A stretch of DNA of 64,000 bases. Source: Schmidtea polychroa (taxonomy: Eukaryota). Under the pieces are notes generated by a model. That model had not been told where the DNA came from. It did no database searches and was given only the letters and a program-made list of their open reading frames with translations. Shown here in pieces: positions 1 to 10,696 of this stretch. Numbering within the stretch: position 1 is the first letter of the stretch; the number at the start of each line of letters is the position of its first letter. Where the stretch lies: assembly GCA_044892525.1 (NCBI GenBank), contig CM097885.1, positions 50,098,001 through 50,162,000 of the forward strand, written 5' to 3'. A program made the position numbers and the translations under genes.

Positions 1-229
1 TATGATAAACTACTACCATATTTTAAAAATAGAATATCAATGCATGCAATGGATACTGACAGTATGTTTTTAAAAGTAGAAAACATTATAGACTTCCCAA
101 GCTAAAAAGAGGAAATAGCTGCAAATGAAAGCCTAAACATGGTAATAAATTCAACTGGGGATTTATTCGTCTTCAAGGATGAAAAGCCGAATACTCCAAT
201 AACTAGTGCTGTATTTATTAGGTCTAAAC

Positions 230-2681
230 CAGGGGTCTCAAACACGCGGCCCGCTGCGTTACATTTGGCGGCCCGCAACGAAAAAACATAGATTTGTAAT
301 TTAACCAAACTTATTTAACAATTAAAATCATAATTGGCTGTATAAATTAAAACTAATCTTTTTAATTATTTTTATTTATACATATGACGTCTAGTACAAT
401 TTAATAATGGCTTTATTACGTCTTTCTTATGAATCTTATCGAAAACAGTTTATTTATTTTAAAAATTATTGATTTTATTATTTAAATTATTTAAATTAAA
501 AAAATATAAGTTATATTAAAAATACATATATTTTACATAATTTAAATTTTTGTTTATTTTAATTTAATGTTATTTCAATCAACAAATAATAATTGGCATA
601 TTTAAAATTTTTTATACCCATCACAAAATGACTTCGTTATCTAGAAAAAGAAAACTCGTTGATGAAAGAAGGGTTTTCCAAAAGAAGTGGGAGAATTTAT
701 ATTTTTTCACAGAGGCGAGAGATAAAATTCAGTGCCTTATATGCCAGCAGACTATCGCAGTACCAAAGGAGTTCAACCTTCGCCGGCACTACGACACTAT
801 GCATCGTGAAAAATATGATAAATATACTGGAAAAATTCGAGATGAAAAAGTTAACCAGCTTAAAATAGGATTTGATAAGCAACGAAATCTTTTTTCGAAT
901 TTAAGCCAATTTGCAGAAAATTCAGTAAAAACAAGTTTTGAGCTAAGCCTGATGATAGCTGAATCATCGCGACCTTTCACAGAAGGTCCATTCATAAAAG
1001 AATGTTTTTTGAAGGCCAGCGAAATTTTAATTCCTGATAAAAAGAAACTATTCGAAAGCATAAGTCTGTCTGCTAATACAGTTGCAAGCAGAATAACCGA
1101 TTTAGCAGATAATGTGAAAAAACAATTTATTGAAAAGGCTCGAGATTTTGAAGCATTTTCGATCGCTCTTGATGAGAGTACTGATTTGGTAGATACTTCA
1201 CAGTGCGCAATTTTTATAAGAGGAGTGGACAGTAAATTTAATGTAACGGAAGAATTTCTAGACTTGGTACCATTGAAGAATACCACAACGGGACGTGATT
1301 TATTTAAAGGATTGGAAGATTGTCTTGAAAAAGCTGGATTACCATCGAACAAACTTGTATCAATGGTCACGGATGGAGCGCCAGCTATGTGTTCACAAAC
1401 AATCGGTGTTGTTGGATTGGTGAAGACCAAACTACAAAGCCTCAATATACCAAATAATAATTTCACTAGCTTACATTGCATTGTGCACCAAGAAGCTCTG
1501 TGTAGCAAAAGTATTAAAATGATGGGTGTCATGGATGTGGTTGTGAAAACGGTCAATTTTATACGTTCACGAGGCTTAAATCACCGACAGTTCACTTCTT
1601 TCCTAGCAAGTATAGAAAGCGAATATCGGGAAATTCTTTATTACACCGAAGTTAGATGGCTGAGTCGAGGAAATGTGCTGAATCGTTTTTTTGAACTTAG
1701 AGAAGAGATTTATTCTTTCATGAAACTCAAAAAGAATGAGGTTCCACAGCTTACTGATGCCAAGTTTATTTGCGACCTTGCCTTTCTGACAGATTTAACT
1801 GGTCATTTGAATGCATTAAATTTAAAACTTCAGGGCAAAAGACAAGTCATTACACAGATGTATGACAGTGTTAAATCATTCAAAGTCAAATTCTCTTTAT
1901 TTCAAAGACAGCTTATTGTAGGCAACTTAGCCCATTTCTCAACTTTGAATTCCTTAGGAAAAGTCGAAAACCAATCCCTGAAAGAATATGCAGATATAAT
2001 TTCAGATTTGCATCAACAATTTGTTTTACGTTTTAACGATTTTAAGGCACTTGAACCACATTTTCAGCTTTTTGCAACACCATTCGCCGTTGAGATTGAA
2101 AATATAGCAGATGAACTGCAGATGGAATTAGTAGATCTTCAGTGTGATTCCATATTGAAGCAAAAGTATTCAGATGTTGGAATTCTAGAATTTTATCCGT
2201 TTGCTTCAAAAGAAAGGTTTCCTATGTTACTTTCTGCTGCTGCAAGGATGATAGCAATGTTTGGAAGTACGTATGTTTGCGAACAATTTTTCTCTTCCAT
2301 GAAAATTATCAAATCGCCATTAAGATCTAGGCTTACTGATGAACATCTGCAAGCATCTCTAAGACTGGTTTCATCACAGGACATTAAACCTAACATTGAT
2401 GCCTTGGTTGATGCTAAACGATGCCAGGTAAGTGGGCAAAACATGGATTGATTTCACAGTAACATTAATTTTAGTATTTTAATGTAAGAAAGCAGCATAA
2501 TGAATGCTAAAATATTAAAATAAAATGTTTTTTAGTTTTGTTGAGTTTTTAATTAAATAAATATTAACGTCGGTGTTTCAGACTCCACATGTTCTGGAAA
2601 ACAATTATTTATGTTGCGGCCCACCTGCTCATGATACTAGTCTAATGCGGCCCGCAGGCCAGTTTGAGTTTGAGACCCCTG
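230..2681 (+). mobile_element. Full-length hAT (Buster/Charlie/SPIN-like) DNA transposon
   Basis: 14-bp TIRs CAGGGGTCTCAAAC. Perfect 8-bp TSD GTCTAAAC (222-229, 2682-2689) with central TA. Confidence 0.97.
628..2451 (+). CDS. hAT transposase (GTF2IRD2/SPIN-like), intact 607 aa
   Basis: Zn finger CLIC..RRHYDTMH, SIALDES, TDGAPAM, HCIVHQEALC, VRWLSRG, STYVCEQFFS. Confidence 0.95.
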   Translation: MTSLSRKRKLVDERRVFQKKWENLYFFTEARDKIQCLICQQTIAVPKEFNLRRHYDTMHREKYDKYTGKIRDEKVNQLKIGFDKQRNLFSNLSQFAENSVKTSFELSLMIAESSRPFTEGPFIKECFLKASEILIPDKKKLFESISLSANTVASRITDLADNVKKQFIEKARDFEAFSIALDESTDLVDTSQCAIFIRGVDSKFNVTEEFLDLVPLKNTTTGRDLFKGLEDCLEKAGLPSNKLVSMVTDGAPAMCSQTIGVVGLVKTKLQSLNIPNNNFTSLHCIVHQEALCSKSIKMMGVMDVVVKTVNFIRSRGLNHRQFTSFLASIESEYREILYYTEVRWLSRGNVLNRFFELREEIYSFMKLKKNEVPQLTDAKFICDLAFLTDLTGHLNALNLKLQGKRQVITQMYDSVKSFKVKFSLFQRQLIVGNLAHFSTLNSLGKVENQSLKEYADIISDLHQQFVLRFNDFKALEPHFQLFATPFAVEIENIADELQMELVDLQCDSILKQKYSDVGILEFYPFASKERFPMLLSAAARMIAMFGSTYVCEQFFSSMKIIKSPLRSRLTDEHLQASLRLVSSQDIKPNIDALVDAKRCQVSGQNMD

Positions 2682-3256
2682 GTCTAAACAATATTCACTG
2701 GAAACAGTTGAAGCTGGAAAGATTGAAACCCATTCAATTAAGATCGATGATCAAACATATTCGGTACCAGTAGTAGTATTTGACAATGATAAAGTCTTTA
2801 AGGAAAACAAAAGTAAAGGAATACAAAAATGTATATCGAAAAGACTAACACATCAAGACTATAAAGACGCTCTAAATAAAAACTATGTAGATAAAATAGT
2901 TGAAGTTCATCAACTTAAATCCGAGAGGCATAACATGTATTTAGAAGAGTCAAATAAAGTTGCAATATCAAATTATGATGATAAACGCTGTATACTGAGT
3001 GATTTGAAAACAACACTTCCAATCGGGAATAATTTAATCCCAATAATAAAAAACCTACCAAGATTAAATGACTTGTATGCTACAAACTTCACGGATGTGC
3101 AATTAGCTAAACTTGAAAATATAAACTTTAAATATTTAAACACTGAACCTGATTACATTCAAAACCTGTCAGAAAAAGAATTTGAAGATCATAGACTGGA
3201 GATTAAAAGATATCAACAGTCATCAATGACTGAAAGTTTAAAAAATAAATTATAAA

Positions 3257-3454
3257 ATGACTGAAATGCGATCCATTTTTGAAAACTTAAAGTCTTTAAC
3301 AAATGACAAAGTATTGATTGATATTATTAAAGCTTTAAAAAATAAACCATCTGTTTCAATAATAAAAATTTTTACTTTTATAGTTATAACATCTTTTCTA
3401 TTTTCTCTTTTATTTTCTCTCGGTTTGCCTTGGCTAAAGTCTTTCTGGTTTTAA
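3257..3454 (+). CDS. Small hydrophobic ORF of virus A
   Basis: ATG in TATAAAATG context abutting the PolB stop; C-terminal hydrophobic stretch. Confidence 0.4.
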   Translation: MTEMRSIFENLKSLTNDKVLIDIIKALKNKPSVSIIKIFTFIVITSFLFSLLFSLGLPWLKSFWF

Positions 3455-3650
3455 TCTCTTTATGAATTCTCATCAACTGAATCTCTAAATCATTTATAAT
3501 CCAGAGAAGTACAGGCTCCCGAATAGCAAGTTGCACGGCTTGCAGGGCTTTATCCTCTGGGGATTTCTCATTATATTCTTTTAATGCAATACTTGATTCC
3601 TTTTTAATGATGGGATTACTTTTTATCAATTGTAAAACACGTTCGTCCAT
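3384..3650 (-). CDS. Hypothetical protein of virus A
   Basis: 88-aa ORF in the tightly packed minus-strand array. Confidence 0.5.
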   Translation of the reverse strand: MDERVLQLIKSNPIIKKESSIALKEYNEKSPEDKALQAVQLAIREPVLLWIINDLEIQLMRIHKEIKTRKTLAKANREKIKEKIEKML

Positions 3651-3651
3651 T

Positions 3652-4127
3652 TTATTTAAAGTTTTTAAACATGATACTAGTTCGATCTAAAATATCTTCA
3701 ACATCTTCAGGCAAAGTCATAGAGACTTCAGGGTCTGTTCCGAAGGTCGTTCCTCCAGGCCCAGAGCCTAAAGGATCTTTCTTTTGTTTTCGACCTTCGG
3801 ACCTTTGATACTTTTTAGACTTCACGCATTGATGGTTTTTATCAATTACAGTACTTGAACAATCCTTACAATAAACACCCTTGGTCTCTTTAGTCTTTTT
3901 CTTTTTACCTGTATGCCTATAGGGGAATCAATTCCTAAATCCTTTCTAATTCGTCTCATTTTTGAATCTGAAGTACCGATTATTTTACAAATCTCACTTT
4001 GATTCATTTTAGGGTTTTCACTCTTTAATCTTGCAAATTCAAAAGCCTTCTCTTTTTGTTGAATTTTGTTTAAAATTAAAGGGTCAATCATTGAAAGCTG
4101 TTCAATTTTTTTTATAAAGCCATCCAT
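3652..4127 (-). pseudogene. Putative HTH DNA-binding protein of virus A (frameshifted)
   Basis: MNQSEICKIIGTSDSKMRRIRKDLG is HTH-like. Another frame continues (..HQCVKSKK..DILDRTSIMFKNFK*) up to the next gene's start. Confidence 0.5.
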
Positions 4128-4137
4128 TTTTAAAAAA

Positions 4138-4338
4138 TTAAAATAGTTGAGGGAATAAAGCAAAATAATATTCACCTCTTAGTATTTGGTCTTGTATACT
4201 TAAAGATTTAAATTTAATTATTTTATTTAAAAGATCACAGTCATTAATTCTTACAAGATAAAAGATGTAACACTTTTCACCTATTCTAATTTTATCCTCA
4301 AGTGATAAACTTCTAAAATCATTTAACCTTGAATTCAT
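4138..4338 (-). CDS. Small hypothetical protein of virus A
   Basis: 66-aa ORF filling the gap between packed genes. Confidence 0.35.
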   Translation of the reverse strand: MNSRLNDFRSLSLEDKIRIGEKCYIFYLVRINDCDLLNKIIKFKSLSIQDQILRGEYYFALFPQLF

Positions 4339-4356
4339 TATTTTTTAAATTAAAAA

Positions 4357-4935
4357 TTATACAGTCTTTAACCATTTCTCTCGTTGTATTTTTTTATTAT
4401 CACCACTTGCACTTTTCAACTTTATAACTTCATTTGTTATTTCTTGGATTATTTGATTTGATTTCATTATTTCTTCATCTGTTAGGATTCCATCTTCCAT
4501 GGCTTTCATTTGAAATAAAAATAATTTTGATATCCCCAAGTCTATTGTCAGACAAACTTCACGATATAAGCTTTTCTTTTTTGAAGTATAGGATAAAGAA
4601 ACTATTTCAGTCAAGAAAGAATCTGCTACAGAAATACTTCCAAGGATTACGGGCGCAAGAGTAATAGTCGGTAGGGTTATAGGGAAAACAATTGTAAGTA
4701 TTGCAGATGTAAATCCTAAGGAGTAACCTATAATCTTTAAAGCTGTATTCCCTCTATTCCATCTTTTTTTTATTTTTTTATAGTGACGAAGTAAGTCTTT
4801 TAAATGTAAAGTCTCTGATTTAAATTCTTTCACTCTCATGACTTCAAGTTCTGTAGGAGCTGATGGACGAAGGACCTCCGGACAAAGGACCTCCGGACGA
4901 AGTCCCTCTATCTTTGGATATTGTGCTGTTTCCAT
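4357..4935 (-). CDS. Polinton-associated membrane-type protein (two hydrophobic helices, AMEDGILTDEE motif)
   Basis: Basic region, then a hydrophobic hairpin, then a KAxxDGxxTDEE motif I recognise from Polinton accessory proteins. Short PEVL repeats at the N-terminus. Confidence 0.65.
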   Translation of the reverse strand: METAQYPKIEGLRPEVLCPEVLRPSAPTELEVMRVKEFKSETLHLKDLLRHYKKIKKRWNRGNTALKIIGYSLGFTSAILTIVFPITLPTITLAPVILGSISVADSFLTEIVSLSYTSKKKSLYREVCLTIDLGISKLFLFQMKAMEDGILTDEEIMKSNQIIQEITNEVIKLKSASGDNKKIQREKWLKTV

Positions 4936-4936
4936 T

Positions 4937-5828
4937 TTAATACTTAAAAAATAGGACTTTATTATCTGGTACCAACGCTCGCATATTATAAGAAACTCTT
5001 TTTGAGAGAATGTCTTTATACAATTCTACCAACGCTTTACGAACTTGATCAACATCAACCTTGTTTTCATAAAATATTAAATCTATATAACTTACAACTG
5101 TGCTTTTAAAAATAATATTATTACTTTTAACTTTATGTGTTTTATGTGAATCAGTATTATCATGCCAATGTCCATGTGGTAAATCATAACCAGTTAATAT
5201 AACTTCATCCTTTTCAAACTTACTATTATAATCACATTTTATAAACCATTTCATTGTTTCATCATCATCAGTAAATAAAAAGAAATAAGGATCAATAATC
5301 TTTACAACCATAAAACAAGACCATTCTGTACTACTTGTTGTTATCAAAGTTGGTTCTATAAAATGTTTATATGTATGGGGTAATAAAGTTTTTTTCTGTT
5401 CTAATTCAACAGCTCTTTTTCTAATAGTGTGTGATTTATCAAGATGTGTTGTATGAGACTCTAATTTAACAAGTCTTGCATTAAATGATGCAATCATCTC
5501 ATTTATTATATTATATATTGTATTAATTCTATCATCCATAAGTTTTTTATGCATAAGTCTTTTATTTTTTAACACTGATATTAGTTAACATTTGAGTTCC
5601 TTCATTTAATCGTTGTTCGATATTATAAAGTTTTTCATGTAGATATTTTTTATTAACAGCATCAAAGTCATCAACCGGAGGACCTAAATCTTTTATCTTG
5701 TGAGCATTTAAATTTAAATCCCCCTTCATTGAATCTCCTTTTTCGTTTACAAATCTTTTTTCTGTAAGGGTTATAACATCTTCATCTTTTAGTCCTTCAT
5801 TGTATAATCCTAATTTATTATAATTCAT
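4937..5828 (-). CDS. Putative fibre-like protein(s): two overlapping ORFs, possibly one frameshifted gene
   Basis: GDSMKGDLNLNAHKIKDLGPPVDDFDAVNKKY resembles trimeric fibre/adhesin neck motifs. Followed by a coiled coil; lies next to the penton gene. Confidence 0.55.
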
Positions 5829-5848
5829 TTTTATAGGCTAAACATAGA

Positions 5849-6595
5849 CTAGACTTGTTTCAAATGTAAATACATTGTAATCCTTTCGCCATTAAAGTCA
5901 ATTTGCTTTCCATCTTCATCAACAATTCTAAAACTAATATCCATTAGGTTTTTTCGACATAAAGGTAAATAATTTGGAGGATTCATTCTTTCAACCATTT
6001 TATACCCAACCCGAACAGTATTAGATGGAAAGGAATATAAAATATTTGCATGTTTACCATTATTATATGAACCTGTTATACAATCACATTCTATATTTAT
6101 AGAATTTGTATTTGTTAGTTGTATAATATTTTTAGATTTAATAGTTTTTGTTGATAGTTGTAGATGTGCTCTGGCTTCAAAACCTAAAATAGTATGAAGG
6201 AAACTAGAAGCAGTAATCTGAAGTTGAATATCTTTTACAGTTGCAATACATTTTGAAGTTGGAATATCTACTTTTATTTCTATAGCTCCATCTGTTTCTT
6301 TTTTTATTGCTTTACCTAAATCTGTTATTTCATATGATCCTGGTTCGATTGTTATAATTTTGGGATTCGGATCACTCCTCGTTATTATTTCAAATTTATT
6401 ATTATCGGTATTTATATTAAAAATAGTATTAAAACATGAAAACCACAAGAGTCCTAGTTCATAATTTAAATCTTGATCTAAATTTATTGAATCTTCAAAG
6501 TTTATAGTAAAGTCTGATTTTTTTGAATTTATTAATAAACTTCTTGAATATTTACTCGACATTATATTTGCCATTTTTTTTAAATTATCTTCCAT
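5849..6595 (-). CDS. Minor capsid (penton) protein, virus A
   Basis: DFTINF..L..NYELGL, PGSYEI, INIECDCITGSY.NG..ILYSF, IVDEDGKQIDFNGE..LHLK. Confidence 0.85.
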   Translation of the reverse strand: MEDNLKKMANIMSSKYSRSLLINSKKSDFTINFEDSINLDQDLNYELGLLWFSCFNTIFNINTDNNKFEIITRSDPNPKIITIEPGSYEITDLGKAIKKETDGAIEIKVDIPTSKCIATVKDIQLQITASSFLHTILGFEARAHLQLSTKTIKSKNIIQLTNTNSINIECDCITGSYNNGKHANILYSFPSNTVRVGYKMVERMNPPNYLPLCRKNLMDISFRIVDEDGKQIDFNGERITMYLHLKQV

Positions 6596-6606
6596 TTTAT
6601 AGTGTT

Positions 6607-7074
6607 TCACAATAGAGGTTTTATATCTTTATAAATTTCTTGGATTATAGATTTAAAAGAGTCTCCAGCATTCAATCTATATAAAATATATAAACTTAAA
6701 ACCCCACATATTTTAGTATTATTAGGTTGAACTTGTAAAGAATTAAAGGTGTAGTCTCTCGAGGAACTCTTCGAGAGATAATCTTCTACTTCTTTAGTAG
6801 GTTTAATCCCAAAAGAATCAAAGTATAAAGGGACTTTGTCTCCCCCATATATACAAACCCAATGAGATCCTTTTTGATTTGAATTTTGATAGTTTATTAT
6901 TATGTTCTTTGACCTTCGGACATCCTTCAAACCCTTCAGACTTGACAATTCATCATTCATTAATATTTTAATTTTTAAATTTAAATAATCTGTATAATCT
7001 TTTAAATCAAAATTTGTTTTTGCATTTACTCCAAATGTTTTTAAAAAATCCAATATACTCGGGACAGCCTTCAT
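6607..7074 (-). CDS. Adenain-like cysteine maturation protease, virus A
   Basis: GSHWV, YFDSFG, QVQ..ICG; catalytic H/D/Q/C present. Confidence 0.93.
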   Translation of the reverse strand: MKAVPSILDFLKTFGVNAKTNFDLKDYTDYLNLKIKILMNDELSSLKGLKDVRRSKNIIINYQNSNQKGSHWVCIYGGDKVPLYFDSFGIKPTKEVEDYLSKSSSRDYTFNSLQVQPNNTKICGVLSLYILYRLNAGDSFKSIIQEIYKDIKPLL

Positions 7075-7902
7075 TTTATATATTTATTAAATTTACTTTT
7101 TGAAAGCATTCCTTGTTTTAACAAATCTTTAGAAATCTTTAAAATATCAGAATTTAAATTATTATGTCCTGCTTTTTTAGCAGCTAATAGTTTTCTCAAT
7201 TCTATAAACTTAGAGATCGGATCTAGGCCCTTGCCCTCCTTCGGCTCTGTAACAACATAATTCCTTTCGTTTTTATTTATATAATTATTTAAATCTTGAA
7301 TATGTTTTGCTTTTGAACTACCACCTATTAGTTTTATAAAATTTAAATATTTTTTAATTTCTTCCACATCATCTGAAGGATATCCACAAATTAATTCATA
7401 AACATTATCTGTAAATTCAAAGTCTAAATAATTATTATTATAAACATTTTGAGAACGAATACGTGATTTACCTTCAGAGTTTCTATATAAAGTAAAATTT
7501 TGTTTATTAATTGTTATAATTTGATATCCTTCAGGAGTAATTATAATGTAATGTCGGTTTAATCGAATAACTTAAATCCTTTCGGATTTTAGGATCAACT
7601 TTAAGAGGTTTTGTATTTTCAAATATTTTTTCTTCTACAGTTGAAAGTTTTCTACGTTTTCCTTGATTCCTTTCGATAAACCTTTCAGTGGCTGGCCACT
7701 CCAATGCTTTAGTCCTTGGACTCCCGTCACTTGGACTCTCTGTCTTTATACCTTCTATAGCTTTAATTATCGGTTGTTGTTGTTGAGTCATTGCAGTATT
7801 TAATACTAAAGATTGAGATTGTTGAGTTGTATCTTTTATATTATATTTATCTTGTTCTGATTGTAATTTTTTTAAAAGTGCTAATCTTTCTTCGAATACC
7901 AT
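7071..7902 (-). pseudogene. Conserved Polinton structural/core protein, frameshifted near 7530
   Basis: Two ORF halves; C-terminal GKGL..LLAAKKAGHNN..DLLKQGML motif. Confidence 0.6.
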
Positions 7903-7904
7903 TT

Positions 7905-8510
7905 TTATACCATCAATTTACCATATTTGACCTTCTTCTTCTTCTTCTTCTTCTTCTTCGGACTCTTCTTCTTCGGATTCAACAACTTGAAAATATAAAC
8001 CCTTACCTTTTTATGGGGAGTTCCTCCGATTTTACAAAGACATCCTTTCTTTAAAGACTTACACATTTTTTTTAAATCATCTTTATCTTTTGATGATAAA
8101 GATTTATCTTTTAAAATTTGATTTTTTAAAAAATCATTTAAGCCTCGACCTTCATAAGGATTGAGATATAGACCCCTTCCCTTATATGGGTTAAGATAAA
8201 GCCCCTTCCCATTCTTCTTCAATGAATTGATTTCAGTTTGTAGTTTTTCTTTTTCCAAGTCTGTCTTTTGAGATTCTTTAGCTTTTTGAACTGTAGTTGC
8301 AATTCCTCCAGCTATGCCAGCAGCACCTGATAAGCCTGCAATGATTGCAGGTATTAAAGCAGCTAATGGAAGAATACCTCCTTTCTTGGACGAAGCCTTT
8401 TTAACTTGTTCTTTTACATGTTTTCCAATAAAGTATTTTTTACCATTAATCACTAATGATTTACTCTTTTTTGAATTTATTAATTCCTTTAAAGATTCTT
8501 CAGTTGTCAT
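7905..8510 (-). CDS. Adenovirus pX/Mu-like basic core protein
   Basis: KKGGILPLAALIPAIIAGLSGAAGIAGG resembles the adenoviral pX C-terminal GGILPLLIPLIAAAIGA. GxGLYLNPY repeats; poly-Lys tail. Confidence 0.7.
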   Translation of the reverse strand: MTTEESLKELINSKKSKSLVINGKKYFIGKHVKEQVKKASSKKGGILPLAALIPAIIAGLSGAAGIAGGIATTVQKAKESQKTDLEKEKLQTEINSLKKNGKGLYLNPYKGRGLYLNPYEGRGLNDFLKNQILKDKSLSSKDKDDLKKMCKSLKKGCLCKIGGTPHKKVRVYIFKLLNPKKKSPKKKKKKKKKVKYGKLMV

Positions 8511-8526
8511 TTTATAATAATAAAAA

Positions 8527-9309
8527 ATGGATACTTGGAAACCAATTTTAAATAGACACAAGAGTAAATTTAATAATAAATTATTTCCTGATAATTTTAG
8601 ATTATTAATCGTTGGGTCTTCAGGCTGTGGAAAGAATGTACTTCTTTTGAGAATGTTACTAGAAGGTTTTTTAGATTATAATAATTTAATCTTTTATTCT
8701 ACAACCATAAATCAACCAGAGTTACAACTTTTGAAATATGGATTTGAAAAAAAATTAACTAAAAAGGCTATAATCGATATTTTTAAAAACCAACATAGAT
8801 GTCCTGACGAGGTTTTTCAACCTTGTGATATGGTTGATTGGTACAAGGAAAAGATTTTAGAATTAGATATTGATAATAAAAGTGATTATATTTGTGAAAA
8901 TGAATGGATTCAAGTTTTATTCTCTAATAAACCTGAAGATGTTTTGCATTGCGATTTACTTCCTAAAGATAAAAAGAATTTAGTTATATTTGATGATGTC
9001 GTCAATATGAAAAACCAAGAGATTCAAAAGAGTTACTTTACACGAGGTCGACATAATAATTGTAATGTTATTTATATTTCTCAAACCTATTATGCTTTAG
9101 ATAAAAACTCTATAAGAAATAATTCCAATTGTTTTATATTTTTTAAATTAGAAAAGCGTGATAAGAATATGATTTATAGTGATTTATTTTCAAATGTTGA
9201 ACCTGATAAGCAAATGTTTGATATGTTTGTAGATAATCATTGGAAAGAAAAATATAATTATATTTATTTGGATAGAGAAGAAGGTGAAATATGGAAATGT
9301 TTATTTTAA
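8527..9309 (+). CDS. A32/FtsK-like genome-packaging ATPase
   Basis: Walker A GSSGCGKN, Walker B LVIFDD, RGRH..ISQ motif. Confidence 0.93.
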   Translation: MDTWKPILNRHKSKFNNKLFPDNFRLLIVGSSGCGKNVLLLRMLLEGFLDYNNLIFYSTTINQPELQLLKYGFEKKLTKKAIIDIFKNQHRCPDEVFQPCDMVDWYKEKILELDIDNKSDYICENEWIQVLFSNKPEDVLHCDLLPKDKKNLVIFDDVVNMKNQEIQKSYFTRGRHNNCNVIYISQTYYALDKNSIRNNSNCFIFFKLEKRDKNMIYSDLFSNVEPDKQMFDMFVDNHWKEKYNYIYLDREEGEIWKCLF

Positions 9310-10696
9310 AAGCTTGATCTCTGTAGTTCATTATTATAAAATCTACCTAATATTTTTTCATTATTTTCATCGATGATGCTATATGTTATTGGAATTGTAT
9401 AATGTATTTTATTTATAATAAAAATTTCATTTGTCCGTTTTACTGTGAATCCTTTTTCAAATTTATTTTTATATTTAAATATTCTTACTCGGTCACCAAT
9501 TTTAAACTTTGGTTTTTCATTTACCACTTTAGCAGTTTCAGGATTTATAAGTTTTAAAGGATTCAAGGAAGCATTTAGAGGTGTTGATTTTATAGAACTA
9601 TGTACATCATTATTATATTCATTTACAATCTTTTGTAACAATTCGTTGTTCCATTTTTGTTTTCCAATAGCAGTAAAATATTTCCACATTTTATTTTTTA
9701 ATGTTCTATTTAATCTTTCAACTACGACTGCTTTTCCTTCGTTTTCTGTTGAATATAATTTAATATCATTTTCATTTAAAAACTTTGTAAAAACTTTGTT
9801 ATAAAATTCTGTTCCTTTATCACACCATAAATATTTTGGAATTCTTTGATGTTCTTCAAATATATTTTCAAATGCTTCTGTAATAGAATATCCTGTTTTA
9901 TTTTCTAAACATCTTGCAAAAGCAAATCTTGTATATAAATCTATTACTGTTAAAATTATTTTATATTTTTCAGGGTCTGATGATTTGGTTGGCATAAAGA
10001 CTAAATCAGCAGACCATGTTTGATCTTTTTCATGTACTTGAACTTTTAAATATTTTTTATTTTTTCTAAATTCGTGGTGTAATTCGTTGGCATATTTTAT
10101 TTGTGATTCTGTTGGGATTAATAAACTAGTCTTGGATGCACTCTCGAGTTGATTCTCAGCGTCTGCTTGTTGAATAATCTTTTTATTAGCAACATCTTTT
10201 GCTATTCTAGGGTGTCCGGCTCCAAAGGTGGCTCCGACTCCAAAAAAGATCTTACCTTTCATTGCTAATTTAACTAGAGCTCTTTGAATCTTTTTTTGGG
10301 TTGATGGGTTTTCTATATTATTTAAATCATTATATTATTAACATCTGCAAGGTGTCTATCCCTAAGGTCTTCAGAATTGTAAGCAATATCATGTTTTAAA
10401 GCTGCTTGATCAATTCTATTCATTGGTTCTTCTCCAGGTTTGGGATTATTATTTTCATCTAATCTAATATCTAGACGTGTTCCAGGTCCAGTATAGTTGT
10501 GTTTAAATAAATGTCTTTCACCTGGATATTTTTCAGTAGTAAAGGGTTTTAATATTGAAGATGTTGTTTTTGAAGATTGAAGATCTCCTCCAATTCGAGA
10601 TGTATGTTTTTTAGTTTTAACATGACTTGCTTTATGATGTTTTCTAACTTGACAATTACAAATTTCACATTTCCAATATGGTTTATTTAGAGACAT
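9306..10696 (-). pseudogene. C2H2-ZnF + parvovirus-type PLA2 + retroviral-like (rve) integrase fusion, one frameshift at ~10330
   Basis: CEIC..H..TKKH; YTGPG and HDIAY; integrase WSADL, WCDKGTEF, VERLNRTLK. Confidence 0.85.

Larger units (their letters stand above)
1..3255 (+). pseudogene. Protein-primed family B DNA polymerase C-terminal part (virus A), split by a hAT insertion
   Basis: Frame 1 reads ..HAMDTDSMF..(stop 103-105)..FKDE..FIRSK. Removing 230-2689 continues it in frame as QYSL..KSKGI..SNYDDKRCIL..TLPIG. Confidence 0.9.

Noticed and set aside
789..1556. 255-aa antisense ORF and similar antisense ORFs over pol/PolB genes
   Set aside because: Shadow ORFs of the real genes on the opposite strand; no motifs.
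3735..7980. Recurrent CTTCGGA motif in virus A
   Set aside because: Not consistently flanked by stems and lies in low-complexity coding segments.
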